Shown here: positions 1 to 10,268 of the stretch, one piece after another | Layout: each line of letters opens with the position of its first letter | Numbering within the stretch: position 1 is the stretch's first letter | Origin: Ancylonema sp. | Lineage: Eukaryota | Assembly: GCA_050230475.1 (NCBI GenBank) | Contig: JBFLGF010000136.1 | Span: 55,469-75,468, forward strand | DNA length: 20,000 nucleotides | Reading direction: 5' to 3' | Notes under the pieces: model-generated | What the model was told of the DNA's origin: nothing | Seen by the model: the letters and a program-made list of their open reading frames with translations, nothing else | The model's database searches: none | Made by a program: the position numbers and the translations under genes

Positions 1-270
1 CCAAATCGACTCCGATTCGGCCCCGATCCGGATCGAGGATCCGGCGGGACTGGGCCCAACAATGCTAGTTTGGAACAACAAGTCAAGCCAAGGACGTTCA
101 TATATAGCATGCCGTTTGTTTTAGAAACATGTCAAGTTCATAAAAATACCGATAGAATACCTCCAAACCGTCTAGCCGCTGTGATCTCGTCGAATTGCCC
201 GGAATCATTTCGGACACAAAACCGAATCCGGAACCAAAACATAGCCGAACCCGAAACCCAAAAAACAACG
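1..270. repeat. Clusters of short CCGA/CCGG-type motifs, resembling subterminal repeats of DNA transposon ends
   Basis: 1-67 has repeated ccgat/cggat/ccgg motifs and ends in CAATGCTA. 105 starts TAGCATG, followed by accgaatccggaacc and gccgaacccgaaacc (about 198-262). No transposase motif or TSD was identified. Confidence 0.35.
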
Positions 271-1165
271 ATGGGCTTTCAAACAGTGTAGGACAATCAT
301 GGCTGCAATCGACCGAAGAATTGCACAATGTTGTTGGAGGACGACAACTACTCATAAAAATTTCTAGCTTTATGGTTGAATACATACATGTGCCGATCGC
401 AACCCCATATCCGCCTCTCTTCATGAAACCCGATGCATCATTGAAGAACAAATTCACGTGAATCATAGAGAGAACTATCGATGTTCAACACTTCATAATC
501 TACGAGCCATAAGACCTATTCATATTGTCCTCTTAGTCACGTAATGCTCACTTCTGAACGACCAAAAAAAAAGTCAATATGTAAGGTATGAAGCAAACGT
601 TGAAATAAACACAAGAAGAAACAATGCAGAGAATTGACGTGAAATATTGTATCCTTGATTTTCCCTACGAGGCTCTCGACCCCTTCCGATCCATTCAGTC
701 CGATTTGTACAATGGAAAGGCAGTCCCATCAGTGCACGAACAGTACAATCTCGACGATTGTCCACGACAAGAAACGACGCGTGACTCCACGGCTTTGTCC
801 CCCCATTCAACACGGAACACTGTACAGGGGTGCCTCCAACTCCTTTGAGGTGAATTCGTACCCGACCCGAGGTGTGCACAACACAAGGCATATGTACAAA
901 AGGGGGATGGAAGCTCCCATAACACATGGAGCCGTGAGGACACTCTTCACGTCCATTTCTCACGCCGTGTCCACACGCACCGACGATTCGTTTTGAAGCA
1001 TTGCGTTGCGACCTGAGTGGTCGGTGGCGACCAACTTCAAACTTCGGTCACTCTTTCGCGGCACAGTGAGAGAGTCAACTCTGTGGTCAACTATGTGTGA
1101 CTGTGTGAGAAGAGCCAAGTGACACTCTTTGGCGGATGGTTGAAGTCAAGACGATATCAACATTG

Positions 1166-2368
1166 TTAAAATTGTCCGGCTCGAATGTCTCTGTCTAACC
1201 GCTCCGCATTCAGTGTCCCTGGGAGCTCTTCGAAGTTGGGGTTGAAAATGGAGTAGGCACTGCAGTGGAAAATGGGGTAGGATGGAGGGGATTCGATATC
1301 CAATGCGGCAAGGCTGATGGCTATCGATAAGGAAATACTATGTTCGAAACAAGGGACTGTAAGGCGATTTTGTGTGCTTGTTTAAGTACACGTTTTATCG
1401 TCTAGGAGGACGAAGAGAGGTGGCCATCTTGGTTGATTTCTGTGATCCAAGGCGGGAAGGTAGAACGAGTACCTCGCCTCTCCTGCTTCTCTCTTCCCCA
1501 AGTTGAGTAAGATGACAGCGAAGCAGGACACGAGAATCTGCACACCACTTCCCATGTCATTTTCTTCCTTCCTTACTTCCTGGACTTTTTCAGCACGCGC
1601 GCGCCCTGTGGCCTTACATAGAGCGGCCCCAGTTCCCAATAATGTGCCAGAGGCGCCGCCAGGAACCATGTGAGGAGGAGGCACCACGTGCGAAGGCGCA
1701 GCCAGAAGACGGCCACCAAGAGGTAATCCGGCACGTGCAGGCGATGCTTCAGGAGGTGGGCGAGCTGCCTCTCCACCCACGTGGCAGAGGAGGGCAACTC
1801 AAAGACCTGGAAGGGCCACGTCAGCGATGGGATTGGGATAGAAATAAACACTTCTGTCCTGTCTGTGTGCTCCACGACCTCTGTCAATAAATACAGCATG
1901 TACTCTGATGTGAGTGGGGATGTGCCACGTGTTATCAATCGAAGCTCACCAGTTCCTCCTCCGCTTGGTCGTCCGTGCGCGGAGGGGGCGGTGGCCGCGG
2001 AGGGGTGACCATCGCAATGACCGTATCTGAAGCCAACCCAAGCAGACAAGTCGAACATAAGATCCAGCCTGAGTGACGTGGATGTGTGAGTTCCTTACCG
2101 CCATCCTTCAACGAAGCGGTCTCGTTGCTGTCCAACGAAACGACTTTTCCGTGAAGCACGACCTTCAGTTTCTCGGCGGGCAACCCCGTGAACTCAGCGA
2201 TACGTGCACGGAGAGCGGCGCTCTGCGTAGCGATTAGAAGAAGAGTGAATGAGCATCGTGCCTCAAAACGGCTAAAGGGCTACCTTTGTTCCTTACCGTG
2301 ATGCCTTGCGCCACTTCCAACTGCTTCGCTTTCGCGCTGCCCACCGTCTTCACGACAATCAAAATCAT
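1166..2368 (-). CDS. SAYSD1: Ubiquitin-like domain plus SAYSvFN domain protein (SAYSD1 family), about 206 aa, 6 exons
   Basis: Exons on the minus strand are 2368-2297, 2222-2099, 2026-1950, 1806-1618, 1537-1473 and 1259-1166. All introns are GT-AG with matching phases. The N-terminus MILIVVKTVG...LRARIAEFTGLPAEKLKVVLHGKV...LKDGDTVIAMV is ubiquitin-like. It is followed by a hydrophobic segment (WFLAAPLAHYWELGPLYILVSCFAVILLNLG) and the signature GEASAYSIFNPNFEELPGTLNAERLDRDIRAGQF*. Confidence 0.93.
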
Positions 2369-3156
2369 CTCGTGCCCTGCCGTACACTCACTGCGCAACC
2401 AGGAGGCTTCCCTGGGCACCTCTCCGGTTCCATCCCGCAACCATTCCTCGCCACGGATGACGTAGAGGCACAGCACTCGCCACGGAACTCACCACGGACG
2501 AGAACCATTATGGCGCATACCGGAAGTAGCTTTGCGCCTCCATGCGCCACTCATGTAGTTGTAACCGGATGGCGCAACTCATTTTGGGCGGTTTGGCTCC
2601 ACGAAGTTGCATCGCAGCTACTGAAGCATTATCGAAGGTGGGCCTGGAAATTCCGCGACAGTACACTGGAAGCTGCAGTTGCTTACATGTCACCCGACAG
2701 TGCCCTACCACGCCATGTGATTGCGAAAGGCGACAAACGATTCAGCACGGTTTGCAATCATTTTAGCTACTGGAAAAGTAGTGTACCTGTACAAAATGCA
2801 GCCCAAGTAGGTCTACGTGTTCTCTACGTGGAAGGCATCCATGTCTCCGGGGAAGCCACAGCAATGTTCTTTCTGTACGTTCTTGTCGTTCACGTCCGTT
2901 TACTGTACTATGCCGGATATTTTTGGACCTCGAGAAACGTCGGTGCGACTTGTTACCGAATGGCGGTCAGTCGATTCCGATGGCGGCCAGTTTGGAATCC
3001 ACTCGCTGTATCCAGCCTCTGCGTACTGCCCCACCATTACAGCAAGAAAAGAGGCTCCCAGACTTCAAACGTGACCTGCCATTGCACCTGACCGGTTTGT
3101 AAAACATATTGACAACTTCAGTGCGCTTGCACGACTTCCCATCCGCCCCTCCTCTG

Positions 3157-3812
3157 ATGGGACGCACTGTGGCTGTCCTGGTGGATGAGCGGTGGTCCTG
3201 TGGAGATGCGGCATTCAATTGCGCCATTCGGAACCACCTTTCGCCTTCCTCAGAGGACGACCGCCTTCTCGTCTTCTACTGCCGACCAGAAGATGTGACA
3301 GGTCAACACCACCTCGTCACTTTAATAAAATTCGTACTTGGCAGTTACAACTCCGTTGTACGTCCACAATTCCGCGTCCACTGACGTTAATCCTCCCCCT
3401 CGATTCGCTCCCCCCAGCCGACATTCGCCTCACCTCCCCCCAGCAAGTCCAGCACTTCTACCTCATAGTTAAGCCGCTGGAGGAGCTCCATCGCCGCCTC
3501 TCTGCTCGCACCCGTTGGCGGTTCGCGGACAAACTCGCAACCGACCACGGGGCGTCGCGGTGGTCCTTGCGCGTGCTCGAGATTCAGGGCTGCGCGGTGC
3601 CAGCTGTCGTGGCTGCCTGTGAGGAGCACGGGGTGGATGTGCTGGTGGTGGGGTCGAGGGGGGGCGGGAGGCTATGGCGACTCCTCTTCAGTGTAGCCGA
3701 GGCCATTCAGAAGCGTGCCACGTGTACCGTGGAAGTGGTGATTGTGGAGGGCAGATTGAAGCGGAACAAGGAGAATCAGATTGTGCCTTGTGTATGGGTG
3801 GACGCAGAGTAG
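3157..3812 (+). CDS. Universal stress protein (UspA-like) domain protein, about 179 aa, 2 exons
   Basis: Exons are 3157-3301 and 3418-3812. The phase-1 intron has a weak donor (G|gtcaac), a CTGAC branch site and a C-rich tract ending in cag. The N-terminal RTVAVLVD and C-terminal ACEEHGVDVLVVGSRGGGRLWRLLFSVAEAIQKRATCTVEVV match the USP pattern. Confidence 0.82.
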
Positions 3813-4336
3813 ATATGGGTGGACAGCAGAGTAGATATGCTTCATAGGTGTACCCCCCCGCGCGCCCTATTCAAGAAGTAAGGAAGTACCTATTTTGTAG
3901 TTATTTCAGCCTTTGTACACTCTTGTACAGCCGTATAATGATCTGTGCATAGTATTTGTATTCATTGTAGCGTGACGTGCCTATCAGGGCCCATCTCAAT
4001 AGCTCTTTGGTGAAGCAAGTAGGCCAATGATTTTGATTGTCGCAGGCAGGAGATTGAATTGAGCAAAAAAATTGATTGTGTATAATTAAAGATCATGTCC
4101 CTTTGTGTCAAACTCTTTTCGCCTCGTCTACGCAATAATGCACGAGGCTACCCGCACTTGAGTGCTCATTTTTCGCCAAAACCTTGCCATTGTCCCTCCA
4201 CATTGTACAAAGTCCACTGCGTGCACAAAAAAGTATGCAACCAAACCCCGAGCAGACATTCTGAACAACACACTCGTGTGAAACCGGATCCCTCCTCTAC
4301 ATCTCCCACCGAAAGCCGCCCTCTGCCCCCTCCTCC

Positions 4337-5938
4337 TCACAAGTCCGCCTCTCCCTTCCCTTTCACGAACACCTGTGCCCCCCTCATCCCGTTCCAGAAC
4401 GCTTTCGCCCCCATGGCCTTCTTGCTCACGGGCTGCAATTCCACCACCTCCACCACCGACCCGTCCTCACACACCAACTGGAGACAATCCCCACCGCTCC
4501 ACCGCACACCCACCTCACACCCCAGCTCCGCGGGGGGCTCCCCCACCCCATGGCCCACGCGGGTGGTCAGCAGTTTCACGACCACTTCCTTCTCCCCCCC
4601 CCCCTCCTCCCTCACGACCAGATTCAGTCTGGTTCCGGGCCACCCAGCAAAGGCACGCACCTGACACAGAAACGGGAAAGACATACGGTAAGGTGCGGAA
4701 TAACCCCCCCCCCCCCCCTCAACCCTGCGTCTGCTCCCCACCTTGTTGTGCACAATCGCGGCCGAGGGTAGGGAGGTCAACAGACCCTCCTCTGCACGCA
4801 CCTTGGCAGCGTGGGTTGCCGCTGCCTCCTCCTGAGGAGTAGCAGTGGGGGCAGCCGACCCATCCAGGATGGCGGGGAGGTGGGACAGGAGGAGGGAGGT
4901 GCCTATGTCGAAGAGGTGGTGCAAGAGGTGGGGAGCATTGATGGAGTCGTCCACCTCTGTCATCTCCTGCGCAAGGATGGGTCCAGCGTCCATGGAGCGA
5001 ACCGTGAAGGCAAGGGAGACACCCGATTCGCGCACGCCATCCTGAGGCCACCCTACCACCAACCACCCTCGTTTGTTGAGAGACACTCCATCCCCCCCTG
5101 TGTAAAGTGTGGACCCCTCACCTCCAGCGCCCTTTGCACAGGCGAGGCCCCTCTGTATAGGGGCAGCAGGCTGGGGTGGATGTTCACTGTGCCTCTACGA
5201 GGAATGGCGAGTAATTTGTTGGGAAGCACATTGCCATAAGCGGCGGTGACACAGACGTCAGGGGCCAGCTGTGCTAGGGTGGCAAGAAACGCCTCCTGGG
5301 GAGAAGGTGGGAAGGAGGGTCCGACCTCAGCTGGTTGGAAGCAGTGGACAGTGGACAGTGGCAAGAGAGAGGGCACTCACGTCTTTGGCGGAGTCGGGTG
5401 TCAGGATTCGGTTTGGAGGAAAGCCGCGGTCGGCAGCCAGTTGAGCCACGGGGGTGGGGGTCAAGTCCTGAGCGCGCCGCCCCCGACCGCGACTCGACGG
5501 GGGTTGGCTCACCACTGCGGACACCTGGAAGGGTGGGAGAGCGTAAGATATCATGCAGCCGGGTATAGCATGGCAGAGGGGGCGGATTTGGCCTGCCTGG
5601 AAGCTTGAGGATGGCTGCTCTGACGCATCAAGTAAACGGGCCAAAACCGAAGCAGCAACCTGGGGTGAACTGGCCACGTCGCTCTTGCTCGCGTCAGCTG
5701 AGCGGGATCGTAGACGATCCTGAATGCATCGAAAGATAGGAAAGCTGCGAGGGAAGCAGGGTTGTCACACCTCGGGTGTTCCTAAATATACGAGGCTGCT
5801 TTTCGCCGGAGTAGCAGCCGTCGTACTCTGACATCGAATCCTGATTGTCCTCGACCTCCATGCGACGTGATCCCTCCGAGACGAAGACAGAAATCTAAAC
5901 CTGAGAACCGATGCAGTAGCGATTGGAACCGCTATCAT
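4337..5938 (-). CDS. FMT: Methionyl-tRNA formyltransferase with organellar transit peptide, about 390 aa, 6 exons
   Basis: Exons on the minus strand are 5938-5771, 5659-5597, 5524-5381, 5295-5122, 5041-4742 and 4660-4337; intron 2 is GC-AG. Motifs include [68 protein letters not shown] and ELQP. The N-terminal ~45 aa are Arg/Ser/Thr-rich, as expected of a transit peptide. Confidence 0.95.
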
Positions 5939-6539
5939 CGAATTGAAAATTGACGTCGAATATCTGCACCGAGCAGGAGACTAGGCTAGCTGTACTTCAC
6001 AACAGAGACGTCCGATACCTTTTTTACCAGTCGTGGACTGAAGTGGTCACTCTAATTCCACGACTTCCGTTACTGGAAACAACTGTGCGAAGGCTTGCCT
6101 ACAGGTCTCTGGCAGAGAATAGAGAGCTGTGCTGAACTGGCGCATTTAAGTGTCGTGGAAAATACCCTTAAATTCAGGGCCTAAATCGACACATTTAGGC
6201 AACCCGTCTGAAAGGTTCAGGATTCAAATTACGTTGAAACGGGGGAGGTGACAGCTGGATCCCAGCCCGGCTTGCGATCCGATTCCCAGCCCCACAATTT
6301 GAGCCAGCCGTCAGAGGGGATCCACCCAACCACGCCTTCCCCACCACACAAGTCAGCATGCCGCCCAAGCTAGGAGGCTCTCTCGTCTGACGGGATGCAC
6401 ACTGCCACCCCCACAGCAGAGTGAACAGCAGGGGGGGTTTCCTTCATCTGCTCTAGCTCCTCGTAACGAGATAGACACAGACGCAGAATCCGCTGCAGAC
6501 GGACTTCGATCGACCGACTGCCATCGATACCCCTGGACG
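5939..6539. promoter_or_regulatory. Divergent intergenic region (likely bidirectional promoter and 5' UTRs) between FMT and RFC1
   Basis: 601 bp separate the two head-to-head start codons (5938 minus, 6540 plus). The call is inferred from geometry only; no specific element was confidently identified. Confidence 0.5.
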
Positions 6540-9500
6540 ATGGCCGTGAGTTTTTTTCAGCTCGCTTCTCGCAAATGTGGAGTCTTTTTTTCATTTTGGT
6601 CACTTATTTCTATTTTTTATTTTTTTGTGACTGAAATCACCCGCACCGCTGAGGGATTGCAGGACATACGGAAATTCTTTACGCCCAAAGCGGCGAAATC
6701 TGGTACTCCGGTACTGGCCTCGCAGCCCCCTTCATTGAAAGCAACCCCGAGTGCCAAGGTCGCGGCTCCTATTCTGAAGAAACATACAGAATCTCCAGCG
6801 AAATCCAAGAAGCCGACCCCGGTTGTGCCAGTAAAGCGACCGCAAGCACGGTCGGGCCGCAAGAACGGTCGAGCCAAGGCGGAGGACGAGGATTACGAGG
6901 TTGGAGACGAGGCCGATGAGGAGGAGGAGTGGGGCGGCAAAGACGGGGAGGCTGAGGAGGAGGAGGAGGAGAACTCCGAGGAGGACGAGCCTGCTGCTAA
7001 GAAAGTTCGGCAGACCGGGGGCGGACGCGGACGGGGGAAAGGCAAGGGGAACGTGATGACTGTCACCGCCAACGTACCCGCACCCGCTGCCAAGGCGCCC
7101 GCCACGGCCGGCAAGGGGAAAGGGCGAGGGCGGGGGGGCGGGGGCGGAGGGGGCTGGGGCGGTTTCATGCAAGAGCGGGCCGCGCCTCCGCACAAGGGCG
7201 AGAAGGAGGTGCCACGTGGCCCCGAGGACGCCCTCCAAGGCCTCACCATCGTCATCAGCGGCGCGCTCGACAGCCTCGAGAGGGAGGAGGCGGAGGAGTT
7301 GATCAAGACGCACGGGGGACGGGTAACCGGATCCATCAGCAAAAAAACATCCTACCTGCTGGCAGACGAAGACGTGGGGGGGTCCAAGTCACGCAAAGCC
7401 AAAGAGATCGGTGTGCCTTTCCTCACAGAAGACGGGCTCTTCGCCCTCATCAACGAAAAGGCAGCCGCCCATCTGACATGGAAGCCCCCGCCCCCCACCC
7501 CCCAACCCGCACCCGCCCCTGCCCCCAAACGGAAAGCAGAATCCAGCCCTGCAGGGGAGCCGTCCTCATCCAAACAGAAAGTGGGGGCAGATGGCGCCCC
7601 CGCCCCTGCCAGTGAGGTCTGGGCTGCGAAATACGCCCCTCGCTCCCTGGACGAAGTGGTTGCCAACCCCTCCCTCTTAAACCAGATGCGTTCCTGGCTA
7701 AAGCAATGGGAAAACGGTGTGCCCTCCAAGAAAGCCCTCCTCCTCAGCGGCCCCCCCGGCATCGGCAAGACCACCAGTGCACGCCTGTCCTGTCGCGAGG
7801 CCGGGCTTCAGGCGCTGGAGGTGAACGCCAGCGACACGCGTGGCAAGGCCAGCTCCAAGGTTGGGGAGGGGTTGGGTGGCAAGCTGGCGAACGTGGTGAA
7901 GGAGATGGTGACCAACTCCGCCCTGAGGAAAGAGAGGGGCCGCCCCTGTCTCATCATGGACGAAGTGGACGGTATGTCGGGGGGGGACCGTGGAGGGGTG
8001 ACGGACCTCATTGCCTCCATCAAGGCCTCCACCATCCCGATCATCGCCATCTGTAACGACCGCTACGACCGCAAGCTTCAGTCGTTGGTGAACCACTGCT
8101 TGGCGCTCAACTTCAGGAAACCAACGAAGCAACAGGTGGGGGACAAGGGGGGAACTAATGACTAGGGTTATTAGGGTTAATGGGGTGACTAGGGTTATAA
8201 AGGTGACTAGGTTTATTAAGGTGACTAGGGTTATTAGGGTTTCTAGGGTTATTATTGACGTCTTGGGGGGGGATGTGCAGATGGCAAAGCGGCTACGCCA
8301 GGTGGCATCAGAGGAGGGGCTGGAGGTGGCAGATGTAAGGATGGGGGCTAGGGGCTGGCGGCTCAGGGATAAAGGTTGGCGTTTGGGGTCTTACACCCTC
8401 TCATCCTCTTCCCCCCCCCCCCCCCCTGTCAGAGTGGTCTTGAGGAGTTAGGGGAGCGCGTGAACGGCGACATGCGCATGGCCATGAACCAACTCGAGTA
8501 CATGGCCATCAGATCGCGCCACCTGTCCGTCGGAGACCTGAAGAGCCGTGCGCTGTCCAGCTGGAAGGACGAGGAGCTACGCCCCATGGGTGCCGTGGAC
8601 AAACTGATGTCCCCTGCAGCATCTCGCGAGAGATTGGACGCAAAATTCGACGCCGCCATGAGCGACATCGACCTCGTCCCCCTCAGGGTGCAAGAAAACT
8701 ATTTGAACCACCGCCCCGCGACCCAGGGGACAGCAACCGACCCGGAGGGGGTGCAGTGGATGGATCTAATTGCACGTGCGGCAGACAGCATCAGCGACGG
8801 GGACCGAGTGAATGTGGTGGTGAGGCGATACCAGAGGTGGCAGCACCTCCCATTCTCCGCTTTCATGAGCTGTGTGCTGCCAGGCGAGTTGGTGCACGGG
8901 CCGAGGACCACTCTCCTTGAGGGGGAGATGAACTTCACGCGTTTCCCTGGGTGGTTGGGGAAGAACTCTACCGCGGCCAAGAACCGTCGTCTGCTTCAGG
9001 AGATGCACGCGCACCTGCTTGCCTCTCGCCTGTGTGCCCCCAACCGCCAGGCGCTGCGGTTGGACTACATGCTCATGTTGGGACGAAGGATGACGGAACC
9101 GCTGAAATCGAAACCGAAAGCGGAGGGGGTGGAGGAGGTGGGGGACCTTCTGACAGAATACAGCCTCACGCTCGACGACATGGAGTCGGTCACGGAGTTG
9201 TTGAAGTTCAAGGGCATGCCGCTGTTGACGGACGGCATACCGTCCGCTGTGAAGGCGCAGTTGACGCGCGATTTCAAGAAGCGGAGTCATCGTGTGAAGG
9301 CGGCTGCTTTGTTGCCGCAAGTGTTTGGGGGGAGGGCGAAGAAGAAGAAGATGAGCAAGAGGAGCAGCCCGTTGTTGGAGGGGGGGGGGGGGGGGGAGGA
9401 TATGGAGGGACCAGGGGCAAGAGATGGTGAGAGTGGGCAGCAGGGGGGGGGGGGTGGGGGGGTGGAGAGGGGATAGGGTGGGGGTTCTGAGTGGGGAGGG

Positions 9501-9936
9501 GAGGGTTGGGTGCAGATGCGGTGGAGGAGGAAGAGGAAGAGGAGGAGGAGGAGGAGAAGCCGAAGGCGGCGCCGAGTATGTTCACTGAACTCTCTCTCTC
9601 GCATTGGTTTCTGTAGTAGCTGCTGCGTTGGTTTTTTGTTTGAAAATTTGTTAATATATTTTGTTGTCGTCACTTTGCTGTTTCGATGTTCTCCTGGTTG
9701 CCTGTTTCCTTGTTTGCCTTTTTTTTCTAATTTCATGTTTTCCTATTTTCCTGTTTTCCTGTTTTCCTGTTTTCCTGACTTGCTGGTTTGGTGTTCGTGT
9801 TGGAGTATGAGAGGTTGACGATTGATTGCTGATTCACGAATGCGGAGTGCTTTGTTGGGCCGCAGAGTCCGTCAAGAGTCGAGCCCCACCAAAATCAGGC
9901 GCAACCAAGGGGGGGCGAAAAGGTGCAAAGAAGTGA
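6540..9936 (+). CDS. RFC1: Replication factor C subunit 1 (large subunit of the PCNA clamp loader), about 885 aa, 6 exons
   Basis: Exons are 6540-6545, 6663-8135, 8281-8334, 8433-9426, 9516-9575 and 9866-9936, all GT-AG and phase-consistent. The protein starts MADIRKFF. It has a BRCT domain (LQGLTIVISGALDSLEREEAEELIKTHGGRVTGSISKKTSYLL), WAAKYAP, Walker A GPPGIGKT, EVNASDTR, Walker B LIMDEVDGMSGGDRGG, PIIAICND, GDMR and the RFC1 C-terminal FPGWLGKNS. The last two exons are less certain. Confidence 0.96.
8161..8250 (+). repeat. Telomere-like 9-bp minisatellite (A[C/T]TAGGGT[T/G])x10 in RFC1 intron 2
   Basis: Units: actagggtt attagggtt aatggggtg actagggtt ataaaggtg actaggttt attaaggtg actagggtt attagggtt tctagggtt. 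Confidence 0.9.
9731..9777 (+). repeat. (TTTTCCTG)n 8-bp tandem repeat in RFC1 intron 5
   Basis: tttcatg ttttccta ttttcctg ttttcctg ttttcctg ttttcctg. Confidence 0.85.
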
Positions 9937-10268
9937 AGTGGGGCCAGATGGCAACCCTATCGATAGAGTGGCAACACACATTCATCACTTGTATGCGTCT
10001 TTGTGCCACCACTAGTCTTGTGTATAGCTGTGAAGGAGGTCGGAAAAACAGTAGCGACTTGTTTTCAACGGCATTTGTAACAAAGAGAGCGTGAATTAGA
10101 AAGGTAACCTGTTCATTCAAAAGTTTTTGTCAACCAAATCATCCAAAATCGTGTCTACATATCGTCCATCGGACTGCGCAATCCTGCGCCATGATGACGT
10201 ACACAAAACTACGTCTATGGGTGTTCACCCCAAGGAAGCACCAACTTGTAGTACGCCTTCTCTACCGC

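Noticed and set aside
295..560. Possible degenerate hAT transposase fragment
   Set aside because: Only a vague resemblance after joining frames; no diagnostic motif.
574..996. Minus-strand MDVKSVL (copia RT-like) and APC/CYGS..VH..C (RING-CH-like) motifs
   Set aside because: The matches are short, need frameshifts and lack supporting flanking motifs.
2027..2296. SAYSD1 introns 1 and 2 both start CG|GTAAGGAAC (possible introner elements)
   Set aside because: Similarity ends after 9 intronic bases, most of which are donor consensus.
8158..8451. ORF MTRVIRVNGVTRVIKV... resembling a repeat protein
   Set aside because: It is a translation of the intronic 9-bp repeat running into RFC1 exon 3.
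6617..9736. Many antisense and alternative-frame ORFs over RFC1 (likewise over FMT and HAD)
   Set aside because: These are expected shadow ORFs of GC-rich coding sequence, with low-complexity products.
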